Assembly: GCA_963804645.1 (NCBI GenBank)
Contig: CAWDRG010000015.1
Span: 96,001-160,000 of the forward strand
DNA length: 64,000 nt
Source of the DNA: an uncultured Bacillota bacterium
GTDB taxonomy: Bacteria > Sysuimicrobiota > Sysuimicrobiia > Sysuimicrobiales > Segetimicrobiaceae
Direction of reading: 5' to 3'
The position numbers and the translations under genes were made by a program. Of the stretch, positions 37,631 through 46,992 are shown piece by piece; positions within the stretch are counted from its first letter, which is position 1, and every line of letters starts with the position of its first letter. Below the pieces are notes generated by a model. That model saw nothing but the letters and a program-made list of their open reading frames with translations. It did no database searches and had not been told where the DNA came from.

Positions 37631-39355
37631 CTACGGCGCCGCCGACTGCTGGGCGGCGAGGTACTGTTGGATGCCCTGAAAGATTCCCTGGGCGATGAGC
37701 TGCTGCTGCCCCGGGTCCCGCAGTTGCTGCTCTTCACGCGGGTTGGTTACGAACGCCGTTTCCACGAGGATCGCCGGGATCTTCGCGTCGTCGACCAGCA
37801 CCTCGAACCGCGCCTGGGTCACACCGCGCGGCGCGAGGCCGGCGGCCCGGCTGACCCCTGTGAGTACGGCCTGGGCGAGCGGCACGCTTTGGGGCGTATA
37901 GTAGAACGTCTGCGTCCCGCGGGCGTTCGGGTCTACCGACGCGTTCGCGTGGATGCTGATGAAGAGCGTGGCGCCCGCGCGCTGCGCCACGACGGCGCGG
38001 TCGTCGAGCGCCACGAAAACGTCGCTCTGACGCACCATGACCGTGTCGATGTGCTGCTGGCTCAGCAGCGCGTAGAGGTCGCCCGCGATCGCCAGAACGA
38101 TGTCCTTCTCGCGCACGCCGTCCGGTCCGATGGCGCCGGGATCGCTGCCGCCGTGGCCGGGGTCGATCGCGACGACCACGGGCCCCCGTGGTGCGGCCCC
38201 CGGCGGCGCCGCCGGCCCGGGACCAGGTGCGCCGGCGGTCGCGGCCCCGAGGTCCAACTCGGTCTGCGTCGCGTCCGCCCGCATCACGAACGCGGTGGGC
38301 CGCGCAAGCTGCACGACGATCCGGACGATGTCCGGCGCCTTGTGGAACTGGGCGGCGCGCACCTGCGTCACCAGCCCGTCGTTCACATCGATCGCCTGCT
38401 TCACCGGGATGAAGATCGCATTCGCGGCGTCGAGCACGATCCGGTCGGGACTCCTGAGCACGTGCTGGCTGAACTGCACGGGGGCGGTGCTGTCGACCAG
38501 GAGCCGTCCCCCGCCGTCCACCTGCTGGTAGGCCACGTTGGTGATTTTGGCCTCGCCGGGCGCGATCGGACCGGCCGGCGCCGGCGCCGCGGTGGGGGGG
38601 AGGAGCGTCAAGACCGCGTGGCGGCCGGCGGCGTCGCCGTGGAACTCGTACGGGACGGGCTCCGTCAGCGTCAGCACGATCTGCGTGCCGGACGGCGAGG
38701 TCGCGACCGCCACGGTGGAGAGCGGTCCCTCGTGGACGTCGACGACGGGCTGGTCGAGTTTCGCGATGGCCCCGATCACGTCGATGACGATGCGGTCCGG
38801 GCCGGAGAGCTCGATCGCCCGGGCGTGCAGCGGCGCGGTACCGTCGAGCTCCACGGCCAGGCCGCCGCCGGCGGCCTGCCAGGTGACTCCCGTGATCTGG
38901 GCGCTGATGCTCAGCGTCTGCGTCGCGGCATCGTAGCTGGTGATGTCTCCGAGTGTGTCGAACACCCACTGGACAGGGATCAGCACGCGTCCGAACACGG
39001 TGACCAGCGGGATCGGAATCGGCCGGCGCTCACCGTTCACGGTGGCGTAGGGATCGTTGGGACGGAGCTGCATCTCGTCCCCGGCCGCGCCGATGAGGGT
39101 GAGCGTTTCGGTGCGCGGATCCCATGCGGCGCGCGCGCCGAGGGGGTCGGCGAGCCCCTGGAACGGGGCCATCACGACGCCGTTCTGGACGATCGCATTG
39201 CCCTGGAGCGGCACGAGTTCGCCGTCGACGATGACGCGCAGCGGGGTCGACTGGGCGAGGGAGGCGGCGGGCTGCAGGACGATGCTCGGCGCCGCGGTCA
39301 GCATGACCAGCAACGCCACGCCGAACGCCCGGCGTGTCCCGGCTCCGATGCGCAC
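37631..39355 (-). CDS. N-acetylmuramoyl-L-alanine amidase (Amidase_3) with Cu-amine-oxidase-N-like and two AMIN domains
   Basis: Signal peptide, two PDRIV(I/L)D AMIN motifs, IDPGHGG.DPGA, EK, FISIHANA and ILVETAF.TN. Confidence 0.9.
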   Translation of the reverse strand: MRIGAGTRRAFGVALLVMLTAAPSIVLQPAASLAQSTPLRVIVDGELVPLQGNAIVQNGVVMAPFQGLADPLGARAAWDPRTETLTLIGAAGDEMQLRPNDPYATVNGERRPIPIPLVTVFGRVLIPVQWVFDTLGDITSYDAATQTLSISAQITGVTWQAAGGGLAVELDGTAPLHARAIELSGPDRIVIDVIGAIAKLDQPVVDVHEGPLSTVAVATSPSGTQIVLTLTEPVPYEFHGDAAGRHAVLTLLPPTAAPAPAGPIAPGEAKITNVAYQQVDGGGRLLVDSTAPVQFSQHVLRSPDRIVLDAANAIFIPVKQAIDVNDGLVTQVRAAQFHKAPDIVRIVVQLARPTAFVMRADATQTELDLGAATAGAPGPGPAAPPGAAPRGPVVVAIDPGHGGSDPGAIGPDGVREKDIVLAIAGDLYALLSQQHIDTVMVRQSDVFVALDDRAVVAQRAGATLFISIHANASVDPNARGTQTFYYTPQSVPLAQAVLTGVSRAAGLAPRGVTQARFEVLVDDAKIPAILVETAFVTNPREEQQLRDPGQQQLIAQGIFQGIQQYLAAQQSAAP

Positions 39356-39500
39356 AATCGATCCTCCTACCACTGCTGCGATGTCAGCTGCGATCTCTGC
39401 GGCGTCCGCCGGGCCTGCGCAGGGCCGGACCTCGGGCGTCTTGGGCCTTACTACGCCGGACCGAAAGGAACTCCTGCTCGCGCGGACCGGGCGCTCCGTG

Positions 39501-40373
39501 CTATCGGATCCACACCTCGTCGATCGGCGGCTCGTCGGCCCCCCGCCCGAGCGGATCGAGTCCGAGGTTGTCGGTCATGGTGCGGCAGAAACCGTAGTGC
39601 GTGTGGTGGCGCGTGGAGGCGATCCCCCGGCTCACACCGCGTCCCCACCACGCGGCGAACACGCGGTTGCCCGGCCGCCCGTCGTTCTCGTCGTAGGTGA
39701 GAAACAGCGCGGGGTAGCGGCCGGAGCCGTCCGGGGTCGTGAACCAGGGCGACGCCGCGAGCGCGTCGAGCAGGCTGGTGACGTTGCGGTCCGCGAGCGA
39801 GAAGTTGCCGTTGTGCAGGTCGTTGTCGTCGTCCCAGCCTACGTACACCAGCGCGGCGGGCGGCAGGCCGCCGGCAAGGTCCCGACGGAACACGTCGAAG
39901 CCGCGGCGCTGGGCGGCCAGGGGAGCGTGCAGGTCGACGAACGGGTTGTGCCGCGCGGCGATCGTGCCGGCGAGATGGTAGACGTACGTCGGGACCGGCG
40001 GGACGAGCGCCGCGGCGGCGCTCGCCACCGACGGATGGAACGTGTCAACGATCTCTCCGGTGCCCCAGGCTTCTCCCGAGATCATCGCTCGGTAGTTCGG
40101 GCCGGACGGATGGCCGATCGCATCGTAATTCGAGAGCACGGCGCCCTCGCGGGCGAGGCGCACGTGCGACGGCAGCGTCTCGACCGTGGAGTACGCCCGG
40201 TTCTCGAGCACGCCAAAGACGAGGCTGCTCCACCACCGTGCGGCCGCGCGCGCCGGCGCCCTACCCCAGAGGAGCGTCGCGCCCGCCGCGGCGGCGCCCG
40301 CGAGGGCCCGGCGGGTGATGCGTCGGGGTGCCGGGTGCTGCTGGAGGTCGGCCGGTACGAACCCTGCGCTCAT
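39501..40373 (-). CDS. Tat-exported phosphoesterase (acid phosphatase/PLC family)
   Basis: TRRAL signal, then LEN, HPSGPNY, RHNPF, DLH, TYDE and HY motifs. Confidence 0.82.
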   Translation of the reverse strand: MSAGFVPADLQQHPAPRRITRRALAGAAAAGATLLWGRAPARAAARWWSSLVFGVLENRAYSTVETLPSHVRLAREGAVLSNYDAIGHPSGPNYRAMISGEAWGTGEIVDTFHPSVASAAAALVPPVPTYVYHLAGTIAARHNPFVDLHAPLAAQRRGFDVFRRDLAGGLPPAALVYVGWDDDNDLHNGNFSLADRNVTSLLDALAASPWFTTPDGSGRYPALFLTYDENDGRPGNRVFAAWWGRGVSRGIASTRHHTHYGFCRTMTDNLGLDPLGRGADEPPIDEVWIR

Positions 40374-40451
40374 CGATACTTCCTATAATACAGCGACGCC
40401 GCGGCGCCCTCTCGCGGTTCCGCCGCGCCCGGCCCGAGGGCCCCGGTGTGA

Positions 40452-41342
40452 CTACTCGGGCGTGCTGTTGAGAAATGCGAGGAGGCGGCGCGGCGCCGGC
40501 TGGGGGGCTTGGCAGAAGGCGACCCAGGTCTCCGCGAGCCGCCCGATCGCGTCCGGGTCCAGCGGTCTGCCGGCGACGCCGGCGGGAGCATCCCACCGCG
40601 GCCCGTCGAGCTGCAGGCCGAGCTGGTCCGCATAGTCCATCGCGGCGTCCGCGGTGGCCCGGATCGCGGCCCCGCCTTCCATCGGCCGCCCGGCGCCGTC
40701 TTCGTAGATCGCGACCAGCGTGGTCGTCAGCCCCGCGAGCCCCGCGACCGCGCGGAGCGTGATCCACTGGTCCTGGATGCTTGCCCGGGGGTTCCAGAGC
40801 GTCGGGGGCGCCGCGCCGTTTGCCTGCACGGGGCCGTAGGCCTGGGCGGGCGTTTCCTCCCCGGCCTGGATCGCGCCCACCCACCGCGCGAGCAGCGTGT
40901 AGCAGGTCGACGCGGCCTGCAGCACGCCGCGCGGGCCGTCGCCCTTGCGGTACGCCCGGCTCGTGATGCCCGCCGCGGCGTCGATGACTTTCCCGGCGAG
41001 GTCGGGAGGGGCGAGCCGCGGGAGGCGGACCGTGCGCTCGAACAGCATCTCGGTCATGAGCGTCACGCGGTCCCCGGTGGCGTATCGGTCATCGCGCCGC
41101 TCGGTCTCCCGGCGCAGCGTGTCGCGAAGCCGGGGCCCGAGGGTATGAAAGAGTTCGATGCCGATGCGCACCGGGGCGAAAATACAGACGAGCCAGACGG
41201 TCAGCACGATGAACAGGTGGGCGGGCCCGACGGCGGCCAGCGTGACGAACGCCCCGAGGAGGCACACGGCGAGCCACGCGCGTCCGACCGTGCGCCGCGC
41301 GGCGGGACGGCTCAGGCGGGCCAGACGGGAGCGCAGCATCAT
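40452..41342 (-). CDS. hypothetical membrane protein (2 N-terminal TM segments)
   Basis: Long GC3-biased ORF with two hydrophobic helices. No family recognised. Confidence 0.7.
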   Translation of the reverse strand: MMLRSRLARLSRPAARRTVGRAWLAVCLLGAFVTLAAVGPAHLFIVLTVWLVCIFAPVRIGIELFHTLGPRLRDTLRRETERRDDRYATGDRVTLMTEMLFERTVRLPRLAPPDLAGKVIDAAAGITSRAYRKGDGPRGVLQAASTCYTLLARWVGAIQAGEETPAQAYGPVQANGAAPPTLWNPRASIQDQWITLRAVAGLAGLTTTLVAIYEDGAGRPMEGGAAIRATADAAMDYADQLGLQLDGPRWDAPAGVAGRPLDPDAIGRLAETWVAFCQAPQPAPRRLLAFLNSTPE

Positions 41343-41477
41343 CGTGCGGCGCGGCGCTTGAGAAGGGTGCGGCGTGGGGCCATGATATCTCCTCGATGAC
41401 GCGCGGCTGCGGCGGGTTTGCTTACAGATCGGCGACCATATGATACCATAAGCGGTGGCGCGTTGAGGAGGGCATGA

Positions 41478-42452
41478 GTGCCGAGCATTGCCGACTCGCG
41501 GTCCCAGATGGTTCAGTTTGTATTTCCCGAGCACACCAACCAACGCGGTAACCTGTACGGCGGCCGGATGATGTCCTGGATCGCGACGGCTGGGACGCTG
41601 GCGGCGTCTCGGTTTGCCCGGCGTGCGGTGGTCCTCGGCGCGATGGACGATTTGGATTTTCTCGCGCCGATTCGCCTGGGCGAGATCGTGACGATGGACG
41701 CGCAGGTGGAGTTTGTCGGGCGGTCGTCGCTCGAGGTCGGCGTCGACGTCCACGCGGAGTCCCCGCGCGGCGGGGACCGGCGCCACGCGACCTCATCCCA
41801 TCTGGCGTTCATCGCGCTCGACGACGCGGCGTGCCCCTGGCCGGTGACGCAGACGCTCGTGCCGGCGTCGGAGCTCGAGGAAGCGCTGTGGAACGAGGGG
41901 GCGGCGCGCCGCGCCGCGCGCCTCGCGCGGCTGCGCGCCCGGCGGGACGGCGCCGATGTGATCCCGAACGCCCGGGTGCGGTACGGGGTGACGCTGTCGC
42001 GCATCGTGCGGCCGGAGGACGCCCTGACCGGCACGCTGATGTTCGCCGGCAAGCTGCTCGAGATGCTCGACGAGGTGGCCGCGATCACCGCCGTCCGGTA
42101 CTGCCGCGGGGGCACCGTGACGGCGTCGCTCGATACCGTTTACTTTTACCACCCGCTGCGGGTCGGCCAGATCGTCGATTTCCGGAGCGCCCTGACCCAC
42201 GTCGCCCGGTCGTCGATGGAGATCGGCGTCCGCATAGACAGCGAGGAACCGCGCACCGGCGTGCGCAGCCACACCTGCACGGCGTTTCTCACGATGGTGC
42301 ACCTCGACGACGAGGGGAAGCCGAGCCCCGTGCCGGCGTTCACGCCCGAGAGCCAGGATGAGCGGCGTCTGTGGGATGAAGCGGAGCGCCGGATCGAGGC
42401 GCGCCGCCAGCGCGTTGAGGCGCTGCGGCACCCCGCCGGATCCGAATGGTGA
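41478..42452 (+). CDS. double hot-dog acyl-CoA thioesterase
   Basis: Two repeats: N..G.LYGG and GT.MFAG..L..LDE, each followed by SS(L/M)E(V/I)GV. GAGGAGG RBS. Confidence 0.88.
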   Translation: MPSIADSRSQMVQFVFPEHTNQRGNLYGGRMMSWIATAGTLAASRFARRAVVLGAMDDLDFLAPIRLGEIVTMDAQVEFVGRSSLEVGVDVHAESPRGGDRRHATSSHLAFIALDDAACPWPVTQTLVPASELEEALWNEGAARRAARLARLRARRDGADVIPNARVRYGVTLSRIVRPEDALTGTLMFAGKLLEMLDEVAAITAVRYCRGGTVTASLDTVYFYHPLRVGQIVDFRSALTHVARSSMEIGVRIDSEEPRTGVRSHTCTAFLTMVHLDDEGKPSPVPAFTPESQDERRLWDEAERRIEARRQRVEALRHPAGSEW

Positions 42453-42904
42453 CCCGATTCCTCCAGGTGATGATGATCTCGCTGCTCCCGTGGGTCGAGC
42501 TTCGCTTCGCGATCCCGTTCGGCATCACCAAGGGGCTGCACCCGGTGTTCGCCTGCCTGGCCGCGCTGGTGGCCACGTGGGCGATGATCATTCCGGTGTT
42601 TCTGTTCCTCGACATGTCGTATCACCGGTTCCTGACCCGCGTGCCCTGGATCCACTGGGGCATCGAGGAGGTGCGCCACCGCGGCCGCAGTTACGTGGAG
42701 CGCTGGGGCGTGCTCGGCGTCGGCATCTACGTCAGCCTGCCGATTCCGGGTCCGGGACTGTACTCCGGCGCGGTCCTGGCCTGGGTGTTCGGCCTGCCGC
42801 GCCGGCAGGCGATGCTCGCGCTTGCGCTCGGCACCTTCGTCAGCGCGATGCTCGTGACGATCATCAGCACCGGCGTGATCGCGCTGGTTCGACGCTTCGT
42901 CTGA
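42446..42904 (+). CDS. putative small multidrug export protein (COG2426)
   Basis: LPWVELRFAIP and V.LPIPG.G.YSG motifs. Confidence 0.85.
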   Translation: MVTRFLQVMMISLLPWVELRFAIPFGITKGLHPVFACLAALVATWAMIIPVFLFLDMSYHRFLTRVPWIHWGIEEVRHRGRSYVERWGVLGVGIYVSLPIPGPGLYSGAVLAWVFGLPRRQAMLALALGTFVSAMLVTIISTGVIALVRRFV

Positions 42905-42959
42905 CCGCGCCGCGCACAGCCGGACCGCGCGGAGTCGCGCGAGAAGGGGGGAGCAGCCG

Positions 42960-43430
42960 ATGGAGACCCTGGGACACCATTACATCGTCGAAGGATCGGG
43001 CTGCAGCGGCGACGTGATCAGCCGGGTCGAGCAGGTGGAGCAGATCATGGTGCGGGCCGCCGAGGTCGCCAACACGCAGGTGTGGGCGATCTCGTTTCAC
43101 CGGTTCCAGCCGACCGGCGTCAGCGGGGTGGTGGTGATCTCCGAGTCCCACCTCTCCGTGCACACGTGGCCGGAGGCGGGCTACGTCGCGCTCGACATCT
43201 TCACGTGCGGCGACCGCGGGAAGCCGGAGGCCGCGGTGCAGTACGCGCTGAAGGCGTTCGGGGCGACGAACATGCACATCACGGAAGTCACCCGCGGGCT
43301 CGACGAGGGTGACAAGGTCTATTTCCACAGCATGATCACCTGGGAAGAGAACCTGCCGGACAACGTACTCAATCACCGGCCGCGGCGGCGCCGCAGCGCG
43401 ACCCGACGGCGGAAGTCGCTCGCGACGTGA
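42960..43430 (+). CDS. speD: pyruvoyl-dependent S-adenosylmethionine decarboxylase proenzyme family
   Basis: LG.H, F.P.GVSGVVVISESHLSVHTWPE and DIFTCG motifs. Confidence 0.85.
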   Translation: METLGHHYIVEGSGCSGDVISRVEQVEQIMVRAAEVANTQVWAISFHRFQPTGVSGVVVISESHLSVHTWPEAGYVALDIFTCGDRGKPEAAVQYALKAFGATNMHITEVTRGLDEGDKVYFHSMITWEENLPDNVLNHRPRRRRSATRRRKSLAT

Positions 43431-43434
43431 CCCG

Positions 43435-43707
43435 CTAGAAGCCGTACGAGATTGAGAACAGCAGTTGGATCACGAGCCGTCCGACGAACTGCACCAGCAG
43501 CAGCGCGATGATCGGGGAGAGGTCGAAACCGCTGAGCGGCGGAATGACCCGCCGGATCGGCTCAAGGATCGGATCGGTGACGCGCATGATGAAGCGGATC
43601 ACCGGGTGCCCGAGATCGATGCCCGGAATCCACGACAGCACGGCCCGCACGATGATGAGCAGCGTCAACAACTGCACGATGTCGGAGACCAGGCCGATGA
43701 TAAGCAT
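43435..43707 (-). CDS. yggT: YggT family membrane protein
   Basis: R..LSW, TDPILEPIRRVIPP and FDLSP motifs. Confidence 0.9.
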   Translation of the reverse strand: MLIIGLVSDIVQLLTLLIIVRAVLSWIPGIDLGHPVIRFIMRVTDPILEPIRRVIPPLSGFDLSPIIALLLVQFVGRLVIQLLFSISYGF

Positions 43708-43713
43708 CGGGGG

Positions 43714-43722
43714 TATTGTAAC
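43714..43722 (-). promoter_or_regulatory. extended -10 (TGtTACAAT) 6 nt upstream of the yggT ATG; probable leaderless transcript
   Basis: Minus strand reads gtgtTACAATaccccgATG, with no SD sequence. Confidence 0.55.
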
Positions 43723-43770
43723 ACAGGTGCGGAGGCGGCTGCGTCCGACGCGGGACGGCCGGCTCATCCG

Positions 43771-44979
43771 GTGACGGAGCGCCTGTACTATGGCGATGCC
43801 TACCTCACGCGCTTTACGGCGCGCGTGGTCGAGGTCGTGCCGGCCGACTCCGGTCGGCCCGGGGGCGTGATCCTGGACCGCACCGCGTTCTACCCGACGT
43901 CCGGGGGGCAGCCGCACGACACCGGCCGGCTCGCGGGCGCGCGCGTGGCGGAGGTCGTGGACGCCGGCGAGACCGTCGTCCACGTGCTCGACGGCGCCGA
44001 TCCCGCCGGCGGCGTGGCCCCGGGCGGCGAGGTCGCCGCGGAGGTGGACTGGGAGCGCCGGTTCGATCACATGCAGCAGCACACGGCGCAGCATCTCCTC
44101 TCCGCGGTCTTCCTGGACCTCCTCGGCGCCGGCACCGCGTCGGTGCATCTCGGCGACTCGTGCACCATCGATCTCGACACGCCGTCGCTCGATGCCGAAC
44201 AGGCCGGCCGCGTCGCGGATGCGGCGAACCGCGCCGTGTTCGAGGCTCGGCCGGTGACGATCCGCTACGTGGATGCGGCGGAGGCGGACGCGCTCGGGCT
44301 GCGGCGCCCGCCCCGACGGGAGGGGCTGCTGCGGGTCATCGAGATCGAAGGGCTCGACCGGTCGGCGTGCGGCGGCACCCATGTGCGCAGTACCGCCGAG
44401 CTGGGCCCGGTGCTGATCCGGCGGTGGGAGCGGAGCCGCGGGCGGCTGCGCGTCGAATTCCTGGCGGGCTGGCGCGCGGTGCGCGACTACGAATGGAAGC
44501 ACGCGCTCGTCGGCGAGTGGAGCGCGAAGCTGACGGTGCGCGACCGGGAGTTGGGCGCCGCCCTCGACCGGATCGTCGAGGACAGCCGGGCGCGCGAGCG
44601 CGCCCTGGGGGACGCGGAGAAGCGGCTGCTGCGGTACGAGGCGGCGGAGCACCTCGCGGCGCACGCGGCTCAGCCGGGACGGGGTGTCCTCCGCCTGCTC
44701 TTCCCCGAGCGCGACATCGACGAGGTCCGCGCGCTGCTCCGGGAGATCATCGGGACGGCGCCGGTGGTGGTCCTCGCGGGGGTCGCCGCCACGGGCCGGC
44801 TCTGCTTCGCCCGCGCGGCCGGGGATGGCCCGGATCTCGCGGCGGTGCTCACGCGGGCCTGCCGCGCGGTGGGTGGGCGCGGCGGCGGGACCGCTGAGTT
44901 TGCGCAGGGTGCGGTGCCGTCGGCCGACGCGGTCGCCTCCGCCCTCGACGCGGCCGAGCGGGAGGTCGCCGGTGCCTGA
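43771..44979 (+). CDS. alanyl-tRNA editing protein (AlaX-L type with DHHA1)
   Basis: TERLYY.D, TAFYPTSGGQPHDTG, MQQHTAQH, CGGTHV and GRGGG motifs. Confidence 0.9.
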   Translation: MTERLYYGDAYLTRFTARVVEVVPADSGRPGGVILDRTAFYPTSGGQPHDTGRLAGARVAEVVDAGETVVHVLDGADPAGGVAPGGEVAAEVDWERRFDHMQQHTAQHLLSAVFLDLLGAGTASVHLGDSCTIDLDTPSLDAEQAGRVADAANRAVFEARPVTIRYVDAAEADALGLRRPPRREGLLRVIEIEGLDRSACGGTHVRSTAELGPVLIRRWERSRGRLRVEFLAGWRAVRDYEWKHALVGEWSAKLTVRDRELGAALDRIVEDSRARERALGDAEKRLLRYEAAEHLAAHAAQPGRGVLRLLFPERDIDEVRALLREIIGTAPVVVLAGVAATGRLCFARAAGDGPDLAAVLTRACRAVGGRGGGTAEFAQGAVPSADAVASALDAAEREVAGA

Positions 44980-45766
44980 GCTGCCTGAGGTCGAAACGGC
45001 CCGCCGCAGCCTGGTCCGGGCCGCCTCGGGGAAGACCATCGAGCGGGCCATCGTCCGCCGGCCCATCGCGGTGCGCACGCACACGGCGACCGCGTTCGCC
45101 CGCGCGCTGCGCGGAGCGGTCGTCGAGGACGTGGCCCGGCACGGGAAGCGGCTCTGGTTTCTCTTGGGACCGCGCGTGCTGGTGTTCCACTACAAGCTGT
45201 GGGGCGTCGTGCGCCACCACGCGCAGGTGCCGGAGCCGGACAAGGGCACGGCCCTGCTGATCGGCTTCACCGACGGGACGGCGCTCGAGTTTCGCGAGCT
45301 GCAGCTGAGCTCGTTTCATCTCACGCGGCCCGGGGCCGGCGCCTCGCTCGACGACCTCGGTCTCGAGCCGCTCGCGCCCACGACGACGTTCGACGTGTTC
45401 CGCCGGGCGCTCAGCCCGAAGGCCGCGGTCAAGGATGCCCTGTGCGACCAGGCGCGAATCGCCGGCATCGGCAACCTCTGGGCGCATGAGATCCTTTTCC
45501 GCGCCCGGCTCCGGCCGGACCGCAGGGTCGAGTCGCTGACCGCGGCCGAGGCACGCGCGCTCTACCGGATGACGCGCGAGACGCTGCGGCAGGCCGTCGA
45601 GGCCGGCGGGGAGCCCGACTTTCGCGACGCGTTCGGGCGCGAAGGGCGCTACCGCCTCGCGGTCTACGGGCGCGCGGGACAGCCCTGCCCGGTGTGCGGC
45701 GGCAAGATCCGAGGCGGGCGGCTGCACGGCCGGCCGACGTTCTTCTGTCCGGTCTGCCAGCGGTGA
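44972..45766 (+). CDS. Fpg/Nei family DNA glycosylase
   Basis: PELPEVET N-terminus, R.GK, DQ..IAGIGN and C-terminal CPVC...CPVCQ zinc finger. Confidence 0.88.
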   Translation: MPELPEVETARRSLVRAASGKTIERAIVRRPIAVRTHTATAFARALRGAVVEDVARHGKRLWFLLGPRVLVFHYKLWGVVRHHAQVPEPDKGTALLIGFTDGTALEFRELQLSSFHLTRPGAGASLDDLGLEPLAPTTTFDVFRRALSPKAAVKDALCDQARIAGIGNLWAHEILFRARLRPDRRVESLTAAEARALYRMTRETLRQAVEAGGEPDFRDAFGREGRYRLAVYGRAGQPCPVCGGKIRGGRLHGRPTFFCPVCQR

Positions 45767-46980
45767 CGGGTCAGCGGGACGCCGCCACGACGTCGGCGGA
45801 CGGGCCCGCGGTGGATCCGGAGTTCATCACCGAACTCCTCGCGTCGCTCGTTCGGATTCCGTCCGTGAATCCAGCGCTGGTGCCCGGCGGCGCGGGCGAA
45901 GGTGCGATTGCCCGGCACCTCGCGGAGGTCTGCCGCGGCCTGGGGTTGGGCGTTACGGTGGAGAACGCGGCGCCGGGGCGGCCCAACGTGACGGCGCTGC
46001 TCCGGGGCGTCGATCCGGCGCGCGGCCGCCGCCTGCTGCTGAACGGCCACACCGACACCGTCGGGCCCGCGGGCATGCGGGCGCCGTTTGTCCCGGAGAT
46101 GCGCGGCGCGCGCCTGTACGGCCGCGGCGCCGTCGACATGAAGGCCGGGCTCGCGGCGATGATCGCGGCGGTTGCCGCGCTCCGCGCGGCCGGACGCGTG
46201 CCGGCGGGAGATGTGATGCTGACGTTCGCCGCCGACGAAGAACACCTCAGCGTCGGGACCGCGGCGCTCGCGGGGCGGCTCCACGCCGACGGCGCGATCG
46301 TGACCGAACCCACCGGGCTGGACATCTGCATCGCCCACAAGGGGTTTCTGTGGGCTACGATCCGGACCCAGGGCCGCGCCGCCCACGGCAGCGACCATGC
46401 CAGCGGGGTCGACGCCATCGCGCGGATGGGCCGCGTGCTCGAGGCGCTGGAACGGCTGGAGCGCGACGTGCTCCCGCGCCGCTCGCATCCGCTGCTCGGC
46501 CGCGCGTCGCTGCACGCATCGATGATCCGGGGCGGCGAAGGCCTCTCCACCTACCCGGCCGCCTGCGAGCTCCAGCTGGAGCGCCGGACCCTCCCGGATG
46601 AAACCGACGCGGCCGTGCGGGCGGAGTGCGAGGCGCTGCTGCAGCGGCTGCGCGACGACGACGCGACGTTTCGAGCGTCCCTGGAGGTGACCGGCGCGCG
46701 GCCGGGCCTGGAAGTCGACCGGAACGCGGCCGTGGTGACCGCGCTGTCCGAGGCGTACGCCGCGGTGCGCGGGGAGGCTCCCGCGCTGACCGGCGCGGCG
46801 TACTGGACCGACGCGGCGCTGCTCGCCGGCGCGGGCATTCCCACCGTGCTGTTCGGGCCGACCGGCGCCGGGATGCACGCGGATGAGGAGTACGTCGAGC
46901 TGCCGTCCGTCGTCACCTGCGCGCAGGTGCTGGTCGGCACGATCGAGCGATTCTGCGGCAGCGGCGCGACAGGTCGGTAG
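45763..46980 (+). CDS. ArgE/DapE family (M20A) deacylase
   Basis: NGHTDTV, GRGAVDMKAG, DEE, TEPT, GRAAHGS and HADEE motifs. Confidence 0.9.
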   Translation: MTGQRDAATTSADGPAVDPEFITELLASLVRIPSVNPALVPGGAGEGAIARHLAEVCRGLGLGVTVENAAPGRPNVTALLRGVDPARGRRLLLNGHTDTVGPAGMRAPFVPEMRGARLYGRGAVDMKAGLAAMIAAVAALRAAGRVPAGDVMLTFAADEEHLSVGTAALAGRLHADGAIVTEPTGLDICIAHKGFLWATIRTQGRAAHGSDHASGVDAIARMGRVLEALERLERDVLPRRSHPLLGRASLHASMIRGGEGLSTYPAACELQLERRTLPDETDAAVRAECEALLQRLRDDDATFRASLEVTGARPGLEVDRNAAVVTALSEAYAAVRGEAPALTGAAYWTDAALLAGAGIPTVLFGPTGAGMHADEEYVELPSVVTCAQVLVGTIERFCGSGATGR

Positions 46981-46992
46981 GGCGGCCCCGCC

